Shown in pieces: positions 41,200-54,412 of a stretch of DNA of 64,000 nucleotides. This DNA comes from a virus. The DNA is taken from the IMG/VR virus record IMGVR_UViG_3300031772_004865, positions 1-64,000 of that record; one strand, given 5' to 3'. The notes beneath the pieces were generated by a model. The model ran no database searches, was not told the origin of the DNA, and worked only from the letters and a program-made list of their open reading frames with translations. Position 1 is the stretch's first letter; each line of letters begins with the position of its first letter. Position numbers and translations under genes: made by a program.

Positions 41200-41910
41200 T
41201 TTGTTCCTCCTTTAGTTTTTTTTGCCTTTCTATTTCATCTAAATTTAGGATTTTAAGTCCATTTTCTCTTAAATCTCCAACTATCAAATCTTTATCTTTT
41301 TCAGTTTCACCAAGATAGGTAACTTCTTCTTTATGTTTTTGTATGATTGTAATTAATTCTTTTTCAATACTATCTCCTGCTTTCTTTCCATTCTTCTGTG
41401 CGAGTTCTATCGCTTCTAAATATATTGAGATGTTCATTGCAAATAATTTATTCATTTAGTTTTCCTTTTTTTCTTAATTCTTCTTCAAATTGTTGATGTT
41501 TTTGACAAGTTATCGGAATAAATAAATTTCCTTTTTCTATTTCAAAACTTTTTCTACAATTATTCTGGCATCTTTTATTCTTTTCATTTATATAAAAACA
41601 TTGATTTAATTTTTCCCACCAATAATCTCTCATTTCTCCTCCAAATCTTGTTCATAACTTTTTTTCGCTAATGGATTTTCGCAGTCTTCTTCCTTCCCAA
41701 AACAATTACATTTATCCTGCAAGCATCTACAAATTCCTTCATTATGGTATTCATAATAATAAGGACAAGGAAATAAATCCCATTCATATCCACAAAAATG
41801 CAATTCAAAACAAAATACCTTTTTCTCAATAATTAAATAATCACAGGAGTCTATATTTATCCATTTCTTACAATTATTACAATAAAATTGGTTTTTAGAT
41901 TGATTTAAAA

Positions 41911-42186
41911 TCATTTATTCCCCTTTTTCCGATTACATAAACGATGAGTAAACTGTAAGTTATTTAAATTATAGTTTCCACCTTTACTTTTAGGTATTAT
42001 ATGGTCAATATTTCTTCTTTTACCTAAAAAAGAATTACATAGAGGACAGAAATTTAACTTTTTATTATTTATTTCATACCAAAGTATAAGGCACTTTTTC
42101 AAAGTAATTATTCCTTTACTATAACCAAATTCAAGTGCTTTTCTTATAATTCTTTTATTATATTTTTCTATTAATTTATTTAACAT
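41911..42186 (-). CDS. Small HNH endonuclease
   Basis: CPLC...IDHIIPKSKGG...NLQ..H..CN..K. Confidence 0.85.
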   Translation of the reverse strand: MLNKLIEKYNKRIIRKALEFGYSKGIITLKKCLILWYEINNKKLNFCPLCNSFLGKRRNIDHIIPKSKGGNYNLNNLQFTHRLCNRKKGNK

Positions 42187-42525
42187 TTTATTCCTTTTCT
42201 GCAAATAATTTTACTTGTTTCCAAATAATATTTGCTATCTCTTTTTTCTTAAAAGTATTACCTAAATCAATATGTAATAAATTAGCATAATCTTTTAATT
42301 GCGAAGTAGTCATTTCAAAATAAATGAGTTCTTTTGTTAATTTTTTCATTTTATTCCTCCCGATAACTTTGTATGCACTTATTACAAGTAAATGCTTTAT
42401 AATCAATTTCGGGGTCATCTCGCCATCTCAATGCTCTTCCTAAAAAGAATAATTTATACTTTCCACACATTATACAATATCTTAATCCGATTAGGGTAAG
42501 TAATTTATTTTTCATCTTTTATCTC

Positions 42526-43350
42526 CTATCCTACCAGTTTTTTGTAATTTTCTTTAATAGTTTTTTCATCTGGATTAATATAAATCATTGTGGTGGTTAA
42601 ACTTGCGTGCCCAAGCAATTTACTTACCGTATTAATATCTACTCCTTTATTATAAATTAAATTACGGGCGAAGGAATGTCTTATTAAATGACTGTAAATA
42701 TTTTTTCCTAAATATTTCTTTAATAATTTCATAATATAATGCACTTTTCCCAAGGTCAAATTAAAAGCATTTATTCCTTCTTCATTCTCACTAATAAAAT
42801 AATCTTGTATTTCTTTTTTGACTTTTTCTGGATAACAAATTATTCGTTCTTTATCCCCTTTCCCATAAAGTTTAGCTGAATTTTCCTCTAAATTAAAACT
42901 ACTTCTTTTAATAGTAAGTAATTCATTCTTCCTACAACCAGAATAATACATAAAATCTATTACTGCCCTTATCTTTGTCGGTGTCATTTTATTACTAAAA
43001 TAAGTAATTAAATATTTTTTTGCTTCTTCAATATCTTTTTCGGTTAAATACTCTGGTATCTTTTGTTCAGTTTTTATTAATTTAATTTTATACCACTCGT
43101 TTTGTTCTTTTGGAATTTGTAAAAAACCAGAATAATAACTTCTTCCTGCCAAAATAAATTGATTTCGGGATTTCAAAGAATACTTACTATTAGTTATAAA
43201 AAAATTAGTAATAACATCCTGCGATACTATTTCAATTTTCTGTTCTTCCATATAAGATAACCAAATTCTTATAATATTAAAATAATTTTTGCTCTGACCT
43301 CTTGCAGTAAGATAATCTAAATATTTATTTAATTGCTCTTGATTAGTCAT
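42526..43350 (-). CDS. XerC/D-like tyrosine recombinase
   Basis: Complete catalytic set: SGCRKNE, GKGDKER, HLIRHSFA, LLGH, TTMIY. Confidence 0.92.
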   Translation of the reverse strand: MTNQEQLNKYLDYLTARGQSKNYFNIIRIWLSYMEEQKIEIVSQDVITNFFITNSKYSLKSRNQFILAGRSYYSGFLQIPKEQNEWYKIKLIKTEQKIPEYLTEKDIEEAKKYLITYFSNKMTPTKIRAVIDFMYYSGCRKNELLTIKRSSFNLEENSAKLYGKGDKERIICYPEKVKKEIQDYFISENEEGINAFNLTLGKVHYIMKLLKKYLGKNIYSHLIRHSFARNLIYNKGVDINTVSKLLGHASLTTTMIYINPDEKTIKENYKKLVG

Positions 43351-43744
43351 TTATACCTCTTTTTTCTATCATTTTTAAAGCGAATTTATCTGCTCTATTT
43401 TGAAAGTAATCATATTTATTTACAAAATTATTGGAGGTCATATATCCTTTAGTATAATCAATAGCGTGTCTTAATTCGTGCAATAATACAAAACTATAAA
43501 TTTGCCCCTTATTTTTAAAACTAAACTTTTCATTTCCCCAAGCAAGATGAATTAGTAATTCTTTAATTTTTTTAGTATTTATAAGATGATTTGAAATTTT
43601 GCTTTTTTTAAATAATGTTATTTTATTATTATCCAAATTAAATTTCCCATCGTCGTCTCCCAATTCCTGAATAACTAATTTAGTTTTTAATTTATATCTT
43701 TTCTTATAATACTTAAATAATTTCATTAAATTTTCTTTATTCAT
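43343..43744 (-). CDS. Putative metallopeptidase (HExxH)
   Basis: LLHELRHAID...RADKFA. Confidence 0.5.
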   Translation of the reverse strand: MNKENLMKLFKYYKKRYKLKTKLVIQELGDDDGKFNLDNNKITLFKKSKISNHLINTKKIKELLIHLAWGNEKFSFKNKGQIYSFVLLHELRHAIDYTKGYMTSNNFVNKYDYFQNRADKFALKMIEKRGIND

Positions 43745-44244
43745 TTTAGTCTCCTGACGGTATATCTTTTTCCGAAAGTCCTAAAATAATCATTAGTTCC
43801 CCAACATAAATTGCCATTGACAATACAAAGGTTCTCAAATATTGTGCATTGGTATCAGTATAATGTAAAATAAGAGTATTTAATAAGTGGTCTATTGATT
43901 CTACTACTTTATTAAAATCATCTAAATCTGAAATATGAATTGAAAGTGATTTTTTCCCTATCATTTTATTCTCCTAACAATTAACAAACCCATCTTCGTC
44001 CTTTTCCCCTTCAATCATATCCCTCAAATCATTTAATAACATCCTAACACTATCCAATTCCCCATAAGCCCCTAAAGTGCTTTTTTCATCACTTATTTGG
44101 TCGCAATCATCTCCACAATCTACGCATTTATGTTCAGGGTCTTTTTTAAATCCTAAAAATCCATAAACAAAAATTACTTCATTCTTATTAGAAGCACAAT
44201 AACGACGAATATTTTCGATAATATCTTTTAGTTCAGGACTTAAA

Positions 44245-44844
44245 TTATTTTCTTCCATTATTTACCTCCTGTAATAAAATTTTAAATATTTTAGTTTTAA
44301 ATTTATCTTTTGTTTTACCCACGTTATGAATATAAGAATGACAATTTCTACATAATGTTATTAAATTCTTAATTTCAAAAATTAATTGCCAATATCTGTT
44401 CTTATCTTTAATATGATGAACAATTAATCCTTTATTTTTACCGCATAATTGACATTCATAATTGTCTCTTTCTAATACTTTTTCTCTTACTTTTTGATAT
44501 TTGCCACTACAAAGAATAGAGGAATAATTATGTAAAACTAAATATCTTTCTGTAAATTTACTTTTACGAGGATTTTTCAAAACCGATTTTCTAATCTTAT
44601 CTTTTAAATTATTGGACATTTTAATTCCACTACGAGGATTTCCTTTTCCTTTATATTTTTTACTTCGTTCTTTAAGATTACAGTTATAACATCTTTTGTT
44701 TCCTAAATGAATTTCTTTACCACAGTTGATACAATATTTGTGTTTTTTATTTTGATGTATTAAATCCATATAACAATTCCAACACATTTTATATTTAGAT
44801 TTTGTTAATAATTTTTTACAGTATTTACAATATGATTTATTCAT
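44245..44844 (-). CDS. HNH homing endonuclease
   Basis: RDNYECQLCG...VHHI...NLITLCRNCH. Confidence 0.85.
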   Translation of the reverse strand: MNKSYCKYCKKLLTKSKYKMCWNCYMDLIHQNKKHKYCINCGKEIHLGNKRCYNCNLKERSKKYKGKGNPRSGIKMSNNLKDKIRKSVLKNPRKSKFTERYLVLHNYSSILCSGKYQKVREKVLERDNYECQLCGKNKGLIVHHIKDKNRYWQLIFEIKNLITLCRNCHSYIHNVGKTKDKFKTKIFKILLQEVNNGRK

Positions 44845-45856
44845 TAATCTCCCTTAACAATAATTTCCCTTTTTCTGTAATTAATCTTCCTCTTGCTAAC
44901 CTACTTAAATATCCTTCAGAAATTAAAAAACTTTCCTGTAATGTTTGAAAATCTTGTTTAGTTTGTTGAGTTATTATAGCCAAAACTTCGACCCCCACAG
45001 GTTTATTTATTTCTGCCAAATGTTTCAATACAATTATATCATCTGTCGTAAGGGAATTTTTTACAATTCTATGGGCTTGTAAAACCTGATTGATATTTTT
45101 ACATACCATATAATCGTCGAATAAAGAAATAGAATTTCTTGGATTAAATCTGGTATTAACAGAAAGAATATCATAAATTTCTTCGGGAACATCTGCCTTA
45201 TAAGTTTGAGAATTATATTGTTTTAAAATTAATTTTATATCTTCTTTTTGATAATGCTCTAAATTTATTTGGCAACCACATCTATCTACCAAAGGACTGA
45301 ATTTCTTTTGAAGTGTATTTTTTTCTGTCGTTGCGCCTACAAAAATAAACGCCCTAACTTTAATATCTCCTAAAGGTAAAAGATAATCTTCCAATAAAGG
45401 ATACATAAATTCTGCCATTTCTTTTGGTAAAGAATGAATTTCATCAATAAATAAAATATGGTTTCCCCCTTCCTCATTTTCAATAAGAAAATCTTTTAAA
45501 TTTTCCATAGTAAAACTTCCACCAATATAAGTATGAATTTTAAAATCCAAATGATTAGCAAGTATATAAGCAAGGGTTGACTTACCTGTGCCTTGAGTTC
45601 CAGAAATAATAAAATGGACAAATTTTGTGGTCATTATCTTTTGAAGATTTAATCTTACCAATTCCTTTGCCCTATCTTGACCTATGTATTGTTCTAAATT
45701 TTGCGGTCTAAATTGATAGGTCATAGGTTTCACTTGATTAGAATGATAAATTTCCTTATCTTTTTCTTCTGATATAAGGTCTTTGTCGGTATCTTTTTTC
45801 TTCCCCCAAATCAAATCACCCATTCCAAAAATAAATGCTAATGCTTCGTCAAACAT
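44837..45856 (-). CDS. ruvB: RuvB-like AAA+ branch-migration ATPase
   Basis: RPQNLEQYIGQ, GTGKST, FIDEIH, GATT, PLVDR, C-terminal winged helix RGRLIT. Confidence 0.88.
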   Translation of the reverse strand: MFDEALAFIFGMGDLIWGKKKDTDKDLISEEKDKEIYHSNQVKPMTYQFRPQNLEQYIGQDRAKELVRLNLQKIMTTKFVHFIISGTQGTGKSTLAYILANHLDFKIHTYIGGSFTMENLKDFLIENEEGGNHILFIDEIHSLPKEMAEFMYPLLEDYLLPLGDIKVRAFIFVGATTEKNTLQKKFSPLVDRCGCQINLEHYQKEDIKLILKQYNSQTYKADVPEEIYDILSVNTRFNPRNSISLFDDYMVCKNINQVLQAHRIVKNSLTTDDIIVLKHLAEINKPVGVEVLAIITQQTKQDFQTLQESFLISEGYLSRLARGRLITEKGKLLLREINE

Positions 45857-46126
45857 ATTATTTACTCCTTTTTTTATTTGATTATTTTTTGAAGCAAATC
45901 AATAATTATAGATAATTTAGAAGAAATTTCTATCAATCCTAATATAATCATTAACCAACCAATAAATTTTATCATTTCATCTCCTTTATTAAATTCTATA
46001 TTTTTTTATAACTTCTTGAATTTCTTTTTCTAATTTAGATTTATCTTCATAACTTATTATAAATTTTTCATTTAATTCTATTTCTGCTTCAAAATAGTCT
46101 AATCTTTTTATTTTCATTTTATCTCC

Positions 46127-49100
46127 TTATGGCATTTGTGGTTGTTTTTCATAATCATAAATTAAACATTTTTGTTCGTCATTAACTTTATAACCTACAT
46201 CATAATCACTCATTCTTACCCAAATATCCCTGTTCTTATATCTTATTGATATTACTTTTATATCTTTAATAAATGTAACATTAAAATCCCCAAATTTTTT
46301 TCTTATTATCATTCTATCTTTTTTCATAATCTTCTCCTTTTAGCTCTATAAATATATCTTTTTTAATTTCTATGGGTATTCCACGATAATTATTTTTTGT
46401 ATTATACCACGAATTATCCATAATCGGCTCAAGTTCCAATTCAGTAAATAATTTATCTTTTGTTTCTTTATTCATCAGGATTAGGTTAGGGTAATTATTA
46501 TTTTTTTGATAATAACCATTTATTTGACTATCCAAACAATCTAACATAGTTCCCATACCTTTGTTTCCTGCCTTAATTTTGGTCATTGTAGCCTTTTCCT
46601 TGCCTTTATCTTATAAAGGGGGTAATAATCTCTTATTTTACTTAATTTAGCCCAAATTACCCTACTTATTACCCTACTTTGCTTTTCTTAATTGACTTGC
46701 TTGATAACATTCCTTTTCGTTTCCATATTCATCTATCAACAAATAATAAGTCATTTTTGGTAAAACTTCTACTTTTTTAACAAAATAAACTTTATCACTT
46801 CCTAAAAAATTAACTTTCTCTCCTTTAATATATCTACTCATTTCATCTCCAATAATTTTACTCTATCATCTATTAATTGTAAAAATTTCTTTTTATTTTT
46901 AGTAAATCTTTCTATTTTTAAAATTAAATATTCTAATTTTCTTTGAAAACCTTTAAAAAAATCTTCTCGTTCTTGTGTCCAATCAATTACAGTATATTTA
47001 TCATTAATATAAAAATTATTTTCATTTTCGTATGTGTAGTTTTTTTCACCATTAATATCTGTTTCATATCCAATAGTCCATTCTAATCCTAAAGCAGTTC
47101 CCTCTGTAAAACTAATGTCCTCTTTTCTAAATATACATTTATTTCCCATTTTATCAAATATATAACAAGTAGATTGAAAATTATATACAATTACTTTTCT
47201 TATTTTGCTAATTCTTTCCTTATAATCTTCTAATTTCTTTTTAAATGCCCTTTCTACTTCATCTAAAGTTTTTGCAAATACTTGTTCTTCTCTATAAAAT
47301 TTTGCTATTCTTTCAGGTAAATCTATGGTAAATACCCCATTTTTTGCAGATACTTTAATTATTTTAGTAAAATAACCAAATTTATCTCCACTTTCCTTTA
47401 ATTCCTTTCCCAAATAAATGTTCTCTTTTTTAACTATCATTGTATCTCCTTTTATTCAAATAAAAAACCCGACTACCTATCATTGAGCCGATAGATAATC
47501 GGGTAAATGAATTTCTTAAATCTGCGCCCTAATGAGTTCTCTTTTTTAGTTCAGAGAAGTAATTAAGGACTTTATTTAATTATTTTATTCTTTTAATGTA
47601 ACTTCTTCTAATTGAAATTTTTGTTTTAGTAAAACTTTATGCCAAACTACTTTTACTTCTGCAACTTGTTTAGTATTTGAATGATAAGGATAATATCCTT
47701 TTTCATCAAAAGCAACATAACCATAACCTAAACAAGAAGGACAATTCAAATCTGCGGTATCTGTTTTTACTATTCCGCTTCCTTCACAGTCAGGACAAAC
47801 ATCAAAATCAATTAACTTTTTAATATTCATTTTTTCATCTCCTTTTCTTAATCAATAATATACGCCTTATAATCAATATGTTCTTTAGCGTATTCTAATT
47901 CTTTTTGAGTTAATTCACAATCGTTAAGCATATCAAACCACGAATAAATCTCAAATTGGCAATCCAATGCTTTTGCTACTTTGTTTAATACATAATCTTT
48001 ATCTACCATTTTACTCTCCTTTATTATTCTACTTCTATTCGTTTTCCACTTTTATCATCAATCATATAAAGTTTATCACTTGACATTAAATTACTTTGTG
48101 TTTTATAATCAATTCTTCTTACATAACAGGTATTACATTCTGAACAATGATAAGAAATATTATACCACTCTCCTCTATCATCTACATCATCTTCTATGAG
48201 AGTTACACAACCATTTTTCTCGTAACATTTTTCATTATGACAATTAAACATCTTACTCTCCTTTTTCTAATTTCTCAACTGCTTTTTCTATTCCTTTTAG
48301 GTGTCTTTTTAATTCAATTAGTATATCTTTTCTTATATCAAAATCTTCTCTAATAATACTTAAATCTAATTTATGTATTCTCCAAGTGCTACCATTATTA
48401 TCTTTTTCTTTTAGTTCTACATCAAATTCATTATCTTCTGCTGTATAAGGCACAAATAAATATAATTCTGTTTTATCCTCTGATAAAAAATAATCTGTCG
48501 TTCCTATTTGCCAAAAGGTTCTATCGCCCTCATAAGTTTCTCTTTTAAATAATTTCATTTTAAGTTCCTTTCTTATTTACCTAATACAAAATTTCTATAT
48601 TCTTCTCTTGTTTTAAATTGAGGAATTTTTGCCCAATTACTCCCATTATTACACATTAAACAAACATAGGTAATAACTTTAGTATTGTAGTTTTTACAAG
48701 TAATACAACCTTTTTTTAATTCTAATACTTTTTTCATTTATAATTCCTTTCTTGTTATACTAATTCCCATAATTTTTGCGTCTTGTAATGCGTCTTTTAT
48801 TGTTCTATATCCTTGCTGTGATAATAATATAAAACTATTATGATATATCATTTTTTTATAATCAAATATCCTATAATCTTTATCACATTTACAACAACCA
48901 TTTTCAAGAATTATGCCTGTTTTTTTCATTTTAATTTCTTTCAAATTCTGTAAAATTACAATCGTCATATTTATCTTTTAAAAAACTTAACACATCATCT
49001 CTATCTGGTATATTCATAAACATAGCAATAACACTACCATTACAAACAATACCATAAATTAAATCATCTTCATTAAAATTTATTTTTTTCATTTTACTTT

Positions 49101-49817
49101 AAATCCTCTTTTTTCTAAAATCTCACGATAAATTCTATAACACGCTTGGTTCTTATGTCTTTCTATTAATTCTATACAACCCTCTAAACCCAATTTCTGT
49201 ATCCATTCATTTAAGTAATTTTCTGCTTTTTTATAAATATCAAATTTAACTACTTCATCTAAATTCCTCACTTCCATTTTATAACTACATAAAAAGCAAT
49301 TCCTATACATTTCAGGTTCTTGTATAAGATTTATTTCTTCCACTTCAATTACTTCTCCACAATGTCGGCACTCTAATTTTATAAGCATTTTAATTTCTTT
49401 TTAATACTGCTATTATATCCCCTTTATAATTTCCTGTATTTTTCGCATTATGCTTTACATAAATATCTCTATAACCTTGTCCAAATTGATTTACCATAGA
49501 TAATACTTTAACATTTTCTTGTCCATAAAATAATAGATAACATCTAATCGCTTTATATTCATCATAAGCATTATCGCTATTTCTATATCTTTCTTTAAAA
49601 TCATATCCTTTAATTTTTCTTGCCATTTTTATTCCTCTCTTAAAGTTAATTCTCTTTCTATTTCTAATAATTCCAATAAAGCCCGATGTTTTTCTTTTGG
49701 TAAATAATCTAAAATTATTTTTCCTATCTTTTCGTGCATTTTCATTAAATAATTTGTATTTACTTTATTATAAATTCTTCTCATTTTTTCTCCTTTATTA
49801 AAAATTACCACTAACAT
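46127..49817 (-). other. Array of small early/middle hypothetical ORFs
   Basis: About 12 short ORFs, most with AGGAG RBS; no recognisable families. Confidence 0.6.
47461..47504 (-). terminator. Rho-independent terminator
   Basis: ACCCGATTATCTATC-loop-GATAGGTAGTCGGGT followed by a T run on the minus strand. Confidence 0.75.
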
Positions 49818-50859
49818 TTAATCCATTAGCACTTATACTAATACTTTTTGTATTTCCTTTAGTATCTACCACTTTAGTAATAACAGGAGAATTACCAATG
49901 CTCTTTTCTAAATTAAATAATCTTGTATTTGTTTTTTCAATTAATTTTTCTTCGTATGATTTACCTATCTTTACAATTATCCTTACTCCTGCCTCATCTA
50001 CGCAACCTCTGGTAAAATTTTGGCTTACATAAGGCAATACTGTTAATCTTTTAGTATCTAAAATCCTAACCTCTACCTGCGCCTTAATCTGTGTGCGTTC
50101 AAGTTTTCCTACTCTATCATTCAGGTTATTTATTCTACTTTCGTGGTCATTCAAAATTTGTGAATGATTATTCACTATAACATTGGTATTATTTACTCTA
50201 TTATTTAAATAATTGTCGCCTACTATCCTATTATCTGTTTCTGTATTAATATTATTTTGCAAAGTATTATCTGCATTTTTTCTTTCAGAAGTTTCGGTAT
50301 TAATATTTCCTTGCAATAAATTATCTCCTGCGGTTCTATTATCTGTTTCTATGCCTAATAAATTAAATAAATTATTATCACCTAAAATCCTATTACTAAC
50401 CTCATCTATTAAAGAATTATTTAATTGAGTATCTGCATTTTGTAAATTAATAACAGTAGTCGGGTCAACATCTAATCCTCTATCGCCCTTATCTCCTTTA
50501 TCCCCTTTGTCGCCCTTTTCTCCTTGTATGCCTTGTTCTCCATTAAGACCATCTTTTCCGTCTAAACCATTCATTCCGTCAATACCGTTTAATCCGTCAA
50601 CTCCATTTAAACCATTTTCTCCATTAAATCCGTTAAGACCGTCTATTCCTGCTATCCCCTGTTCTCCTTTTAATTCAGGAACAGTAGTAATATTAACCCA
50701 ACTACCTACATCATTACCACCGTTTTTTATGCCTGTATTAATCAAGATGTAACCTTTATTTCCGTCATTATTATCTTTTACATTTTCGTAATTTCCCTCA
50801 CCAAACGCCAAAGATGTAAATAAAAATAATCCGATTACTACAAAAATTAACTTTTTCAT
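49798..50859 (-). CDS. Secreted collagen-like/coiled-coil protein, trimeric-autotransporter-like architecture
   Basis: Signal peptide, about 22 G-X-Y triplets, E..NR..GDN.L repeats, terminal beta-strands ending in F. Confidence 0.6.
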   Translation of the reverse strand: MKKLIFVVIGLFLFTSLAFGEGNYENVKDNNDGNKGYILINTGIKNGGNDVGSWVNITTVPELKGEQGIAGIDGLNGFNGENGLNGVDGLNGIDGMNGLDGKDGLNGEQGIQGEKGDKGDKGDKGDRGLDVDPTTVINLQNADTQLNNSLIDEVSNRILGDNNLFNLLGIETDNRTAGDNLLQGNINTETSERKNADNTLQNNINTETDNRIVGDNYLNNRVNNTNVIVNNHSQILNDHESRINNLNDRVGKLERTQIKAQVEVRILDTKRLTVLPYVSQNFTRGCVDEAGVRIIVKIGKSYEEKLIEKTNTRLFNLEKSIGNSPVITKVVDTKGNTKSISISANGLNVSGNF

Positions 50860-51463
50860 TATTCCTCCTTATTTTATAAATCTGCAAATGCCTGTAAAAT
50901 TTCTTCGGTTATTTTTTCGTCTGCTTCTTTATTTCCCTCAATATCATAAATAGTATTATCAAAATAATCAGGGTTCGTATTATGCGTATGCTGTAAAGTA
51001 TATTCTTTTCCTTTGTATTCTACTGCATAAAATTCTTCTCTACTCATTAATTCAAAAATAGGTTTTTCCATTATCCTCTCCTTTTTATAATATCAGTTAT
51101 TAAATCTTCCAAATCATACCAAACTGTATTACCATTTTTACAGTCAAACATTTTTTCGTTACCCATATACTCGGCAATACTCTCTAAAATATCTATTGCT
51201 TTTTCTCTTGCGATTTCTAATCCTTTTGGTTTCATTTTATCTCTCCTTTACTTATAGTATAACATATTTTAGGTCATTAAACCAAATTTATTTTTTTCTT
51301 GCCTTTGCTATTGCCTTTCCCCTGTCTTTCAAATCCAAATAATGCCTAATCTTAATTGCCCTATCCAAAGTGGCTAACATAGAATTTTTAAATGTTTTAC
51401 CTGCTCTTTTTTCTTTTAAAACCTGTATATATGCTAATTCAAATAAGTTCATATTTAATTTAA

Positions 51464-52060
51464 TCATTTTATTTTTAAGTATTTTATTGCTTTTAATAAT
51501 AAATCTTTATTATCATTAAAATTACCAAGTCCACGATTACATTTACCGCATAATAATCCTCTTATTTTTTTAGTTATATGATTATGGTCTATTCCTAATC
51601 CTTTATTTAAAGGTAGATTTCCACAAATTGCACAAACTCCTTTTTGATTTCTTAATATTTGATTATATTGTTTTATAGTAATTCCATAACGATACTGTAA
51701 TATATAATTTAACCTTTCTTCTTTATGTTTTTGACTATATTTTTTCATATATTCTTTAATTTCTTTTTTATTATTTTTTTGATATAATTGTTTTTCTTCT
51801 TTGTGTTCTTCTCTATATTTTTTATGATATTTATTTCTTTCTACCTTATGTTCTTGATAATATTTTTCGTTTTGTTCTTTATGAGTTTTCTGCCATTTTT
51901 TTCTTTGTTCTAAAATTTCTTTTTTATGAGTTAAACGATATATTTTCATATATTTTTTTATAAACTGATTATAACATTCTTTTGAACAATATTTGTTATT
52001 GTTATTCCCTTTTTTAATAAAAATTTTACTACAAATTTGACATTTAACTTGTTTTTCCAT
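51464..52060 (-). CDS. Endonuclease VII-family homing endonuclease
   Basis: YGIT...Q.G.CAIC...IDHNH...IRGLLC..CN.GLG. Confidence 0.88.
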   Translation of the reverse strand: MEKQVKCQICSKIFIKKGNNNNKYCSKECYNQFIKKYMKIYRLTHKKEILEQRKKWQKTHKEQNEKYYQEHKVERNKYHKKYREEHKEEKQLYQKNNKKEIKEYMKKYSQKHKEERLNYILQYRYGITIKQYNQILRNQKGVCAICGNLPLNKGLGIDHNHITKKIRGLLCGKCNRGLGNFNDNKDLLLKAIKYLKIK

Positions 52061-54412
52061 TAAAAATTTATCCTTTCTTCTAATCCTGTCGCTAAATTTC
52101 GTATTCTTCCTTGCTTTATGCCCTCTTTTTCTGCCATTTCTAATATATATAATTCTGCTTCTTCTTTATCCTCAAACGCTTTACCTTTAATTTCTCCTGT
52201 CTTGGTAATTACTCCTGCGTGATATTTCATTTTATTCACTCCAATTTGATAATTCAAATCGCCATAAGAATTTATTTTTAAATCCTATTCTTTCTAACTT
52301 AAACCATAACCATTTAATACATAACCCTTTGTATTGCTTATACTTACCTATATTGAATTTTGTAATTTTTATTTTAAGCATCTCATTTTTTAAATTAAAA
52401 AAGTTAATAAGCACTTCTAACACTATTTATTCTACCTATACCCTCACCTATCGGGTCATCAGGGATTTCTTCATTGTCTATATTCTCATAAACTCTAATA
52501 CACGCCTTGCCTAATTCTTCTAATAATCTTACTTTTCTTCCTGTAACTTCTTTAGAAAAATCACTTGCAAATATACTACCTCTTAATCCACCGCCTAAAT
52601 AATTACAACCTGCGCCAAAATTAGTGGGTAATTGATATTCGCTTATATCCAATGCCATAGCAACATCTTTACCAGAAAAACCTAAATTACCACCCCTATA
52701 ACTTATATCACAAATAATACGCCCTATACCTAAATCTTCTAAATCATCATAGGTCTTTACTTTTTTTAAATCTTTTAATGTTATCATTTTTATCTTCTCC
52801 TTTTTTTATTCTGTTACAGTTTCAAACATTTTACCACATTTACTACACTCTAAATGATAATTTCTTGTAATTAAATCTATTATATCATATCCATTATTGA
52901 TAATTTCAGCATTACAACATTCACTTTTTAATTCCTCAACTCTCCATTCACCATACTGCAATAAATACTCTAATTGTTTCTTGGTAGTATCTATTTTCCA
53001 AAATTTAAAATAATCCCATATACTCAATTCATTATCTTTATCGTCTGTGCCTGTAAAATCAATATCGTGATAATCTGCTAATTCCTCTACTATATCTTCT
53101 AAAGTTTCAAATATTCTATTTTCTTTCGTGCCTACGCCCTGCAAATCAATTATTTTATACATATTTTACTCCTTTTTATTTCCATTATAAAAGTTTAATA
53201 ACTCTGCATTATTAAAAATATGGTCAGCATAATCCGTTCCAGAAGAAATATTAAAATCTTCTAATAATTCTTGATGTTTTTTTGAAGAAAACTCTCTATA
53301 TAAATTTACTAATTCTTGATATAATAAATTTAATTTAAACCATAATTCTTTCATTTTATCCTCTCCTTTTATATTTCTGTTTCTAATGCTTTCTTGGCTT
53401 CTAAATATCCAAAATATCCACCTGTTTCTTGTTCTATCTGCTCTTTATCTTTATTATAAATTTCTTTTACAATACAATAACAATCTCCCTCTAAATATTG
53501 ACTGTAAATTTCTACTTCTTGCATTAAATATTTTTCTGCTTGAGATTTCTTAATTCCCCATTTTTTTAAATTCTCTTTTGTCAAATAAATAAACCCTACT
53601 TGTCCGCAATCCCAATCTTTATGCTGTCCAAATCTAAATGTTTTCATACTAATTCCGCTATGGTCATATAAATATAAAGGTAATATACATACTAATCCCA
53701 TTTCAATTTCTTCAAATAATTCTTGTATTGTATAGTTTCCGTCATTATCTTTACTTGATATTATATTTAATTCTTCTGCAAGAGATAAAACAAAATCTTC
53801 ATAACTACTATAATTATGCTTATCTCCTAAAGAATATCTGCTATGAAAACATATCATAGTAGAATAATTCTCATCTTCTCTTGGGTCTATCGGGTCATTA
53901 TCAAGAGTTAAATATCGTGCTTCAAATCCTGTTTTAGTCTTAACAATTTTTAAACTACTTTCAATAGGTTCAAAAGTAAATTCAAATCCTTGCTCATCTG
54001 TATATTGTGTAGTTACTGTTTTTTTAATCATTTTATACCTCGCTTTTTATTTAAGTGGTATTCTAATTCTTTTACACTAAATTTATTAAGGTTAATTTCT
54101 AACTTCTCAAAAAGAGGGTCTAATTTCTTAATCTCGGCAATTAATTTATCTTTTTCTGGTTCAGGCGCAGTTAAATCTGTTCTTTGTTTTTTAAGTGCCT
54201 TAATCCTATGCTCTAATTCAATTCTCTCTGGTGTTCCTGCTCTACATTGTAATTTAAGTTTTCTTAATGCTCTGATTTCTTTTTTTAATTCTTTAGGATT
54301 AGTAATTAAAGTATTCCCCTTTTTTATTTCTAATGCCTCATCACTTAATTTAGATTTATTTTTACTGCCTATCGGTCTACCTCTTGCCATTATATACACT
54401 CCTTTTAGTATA

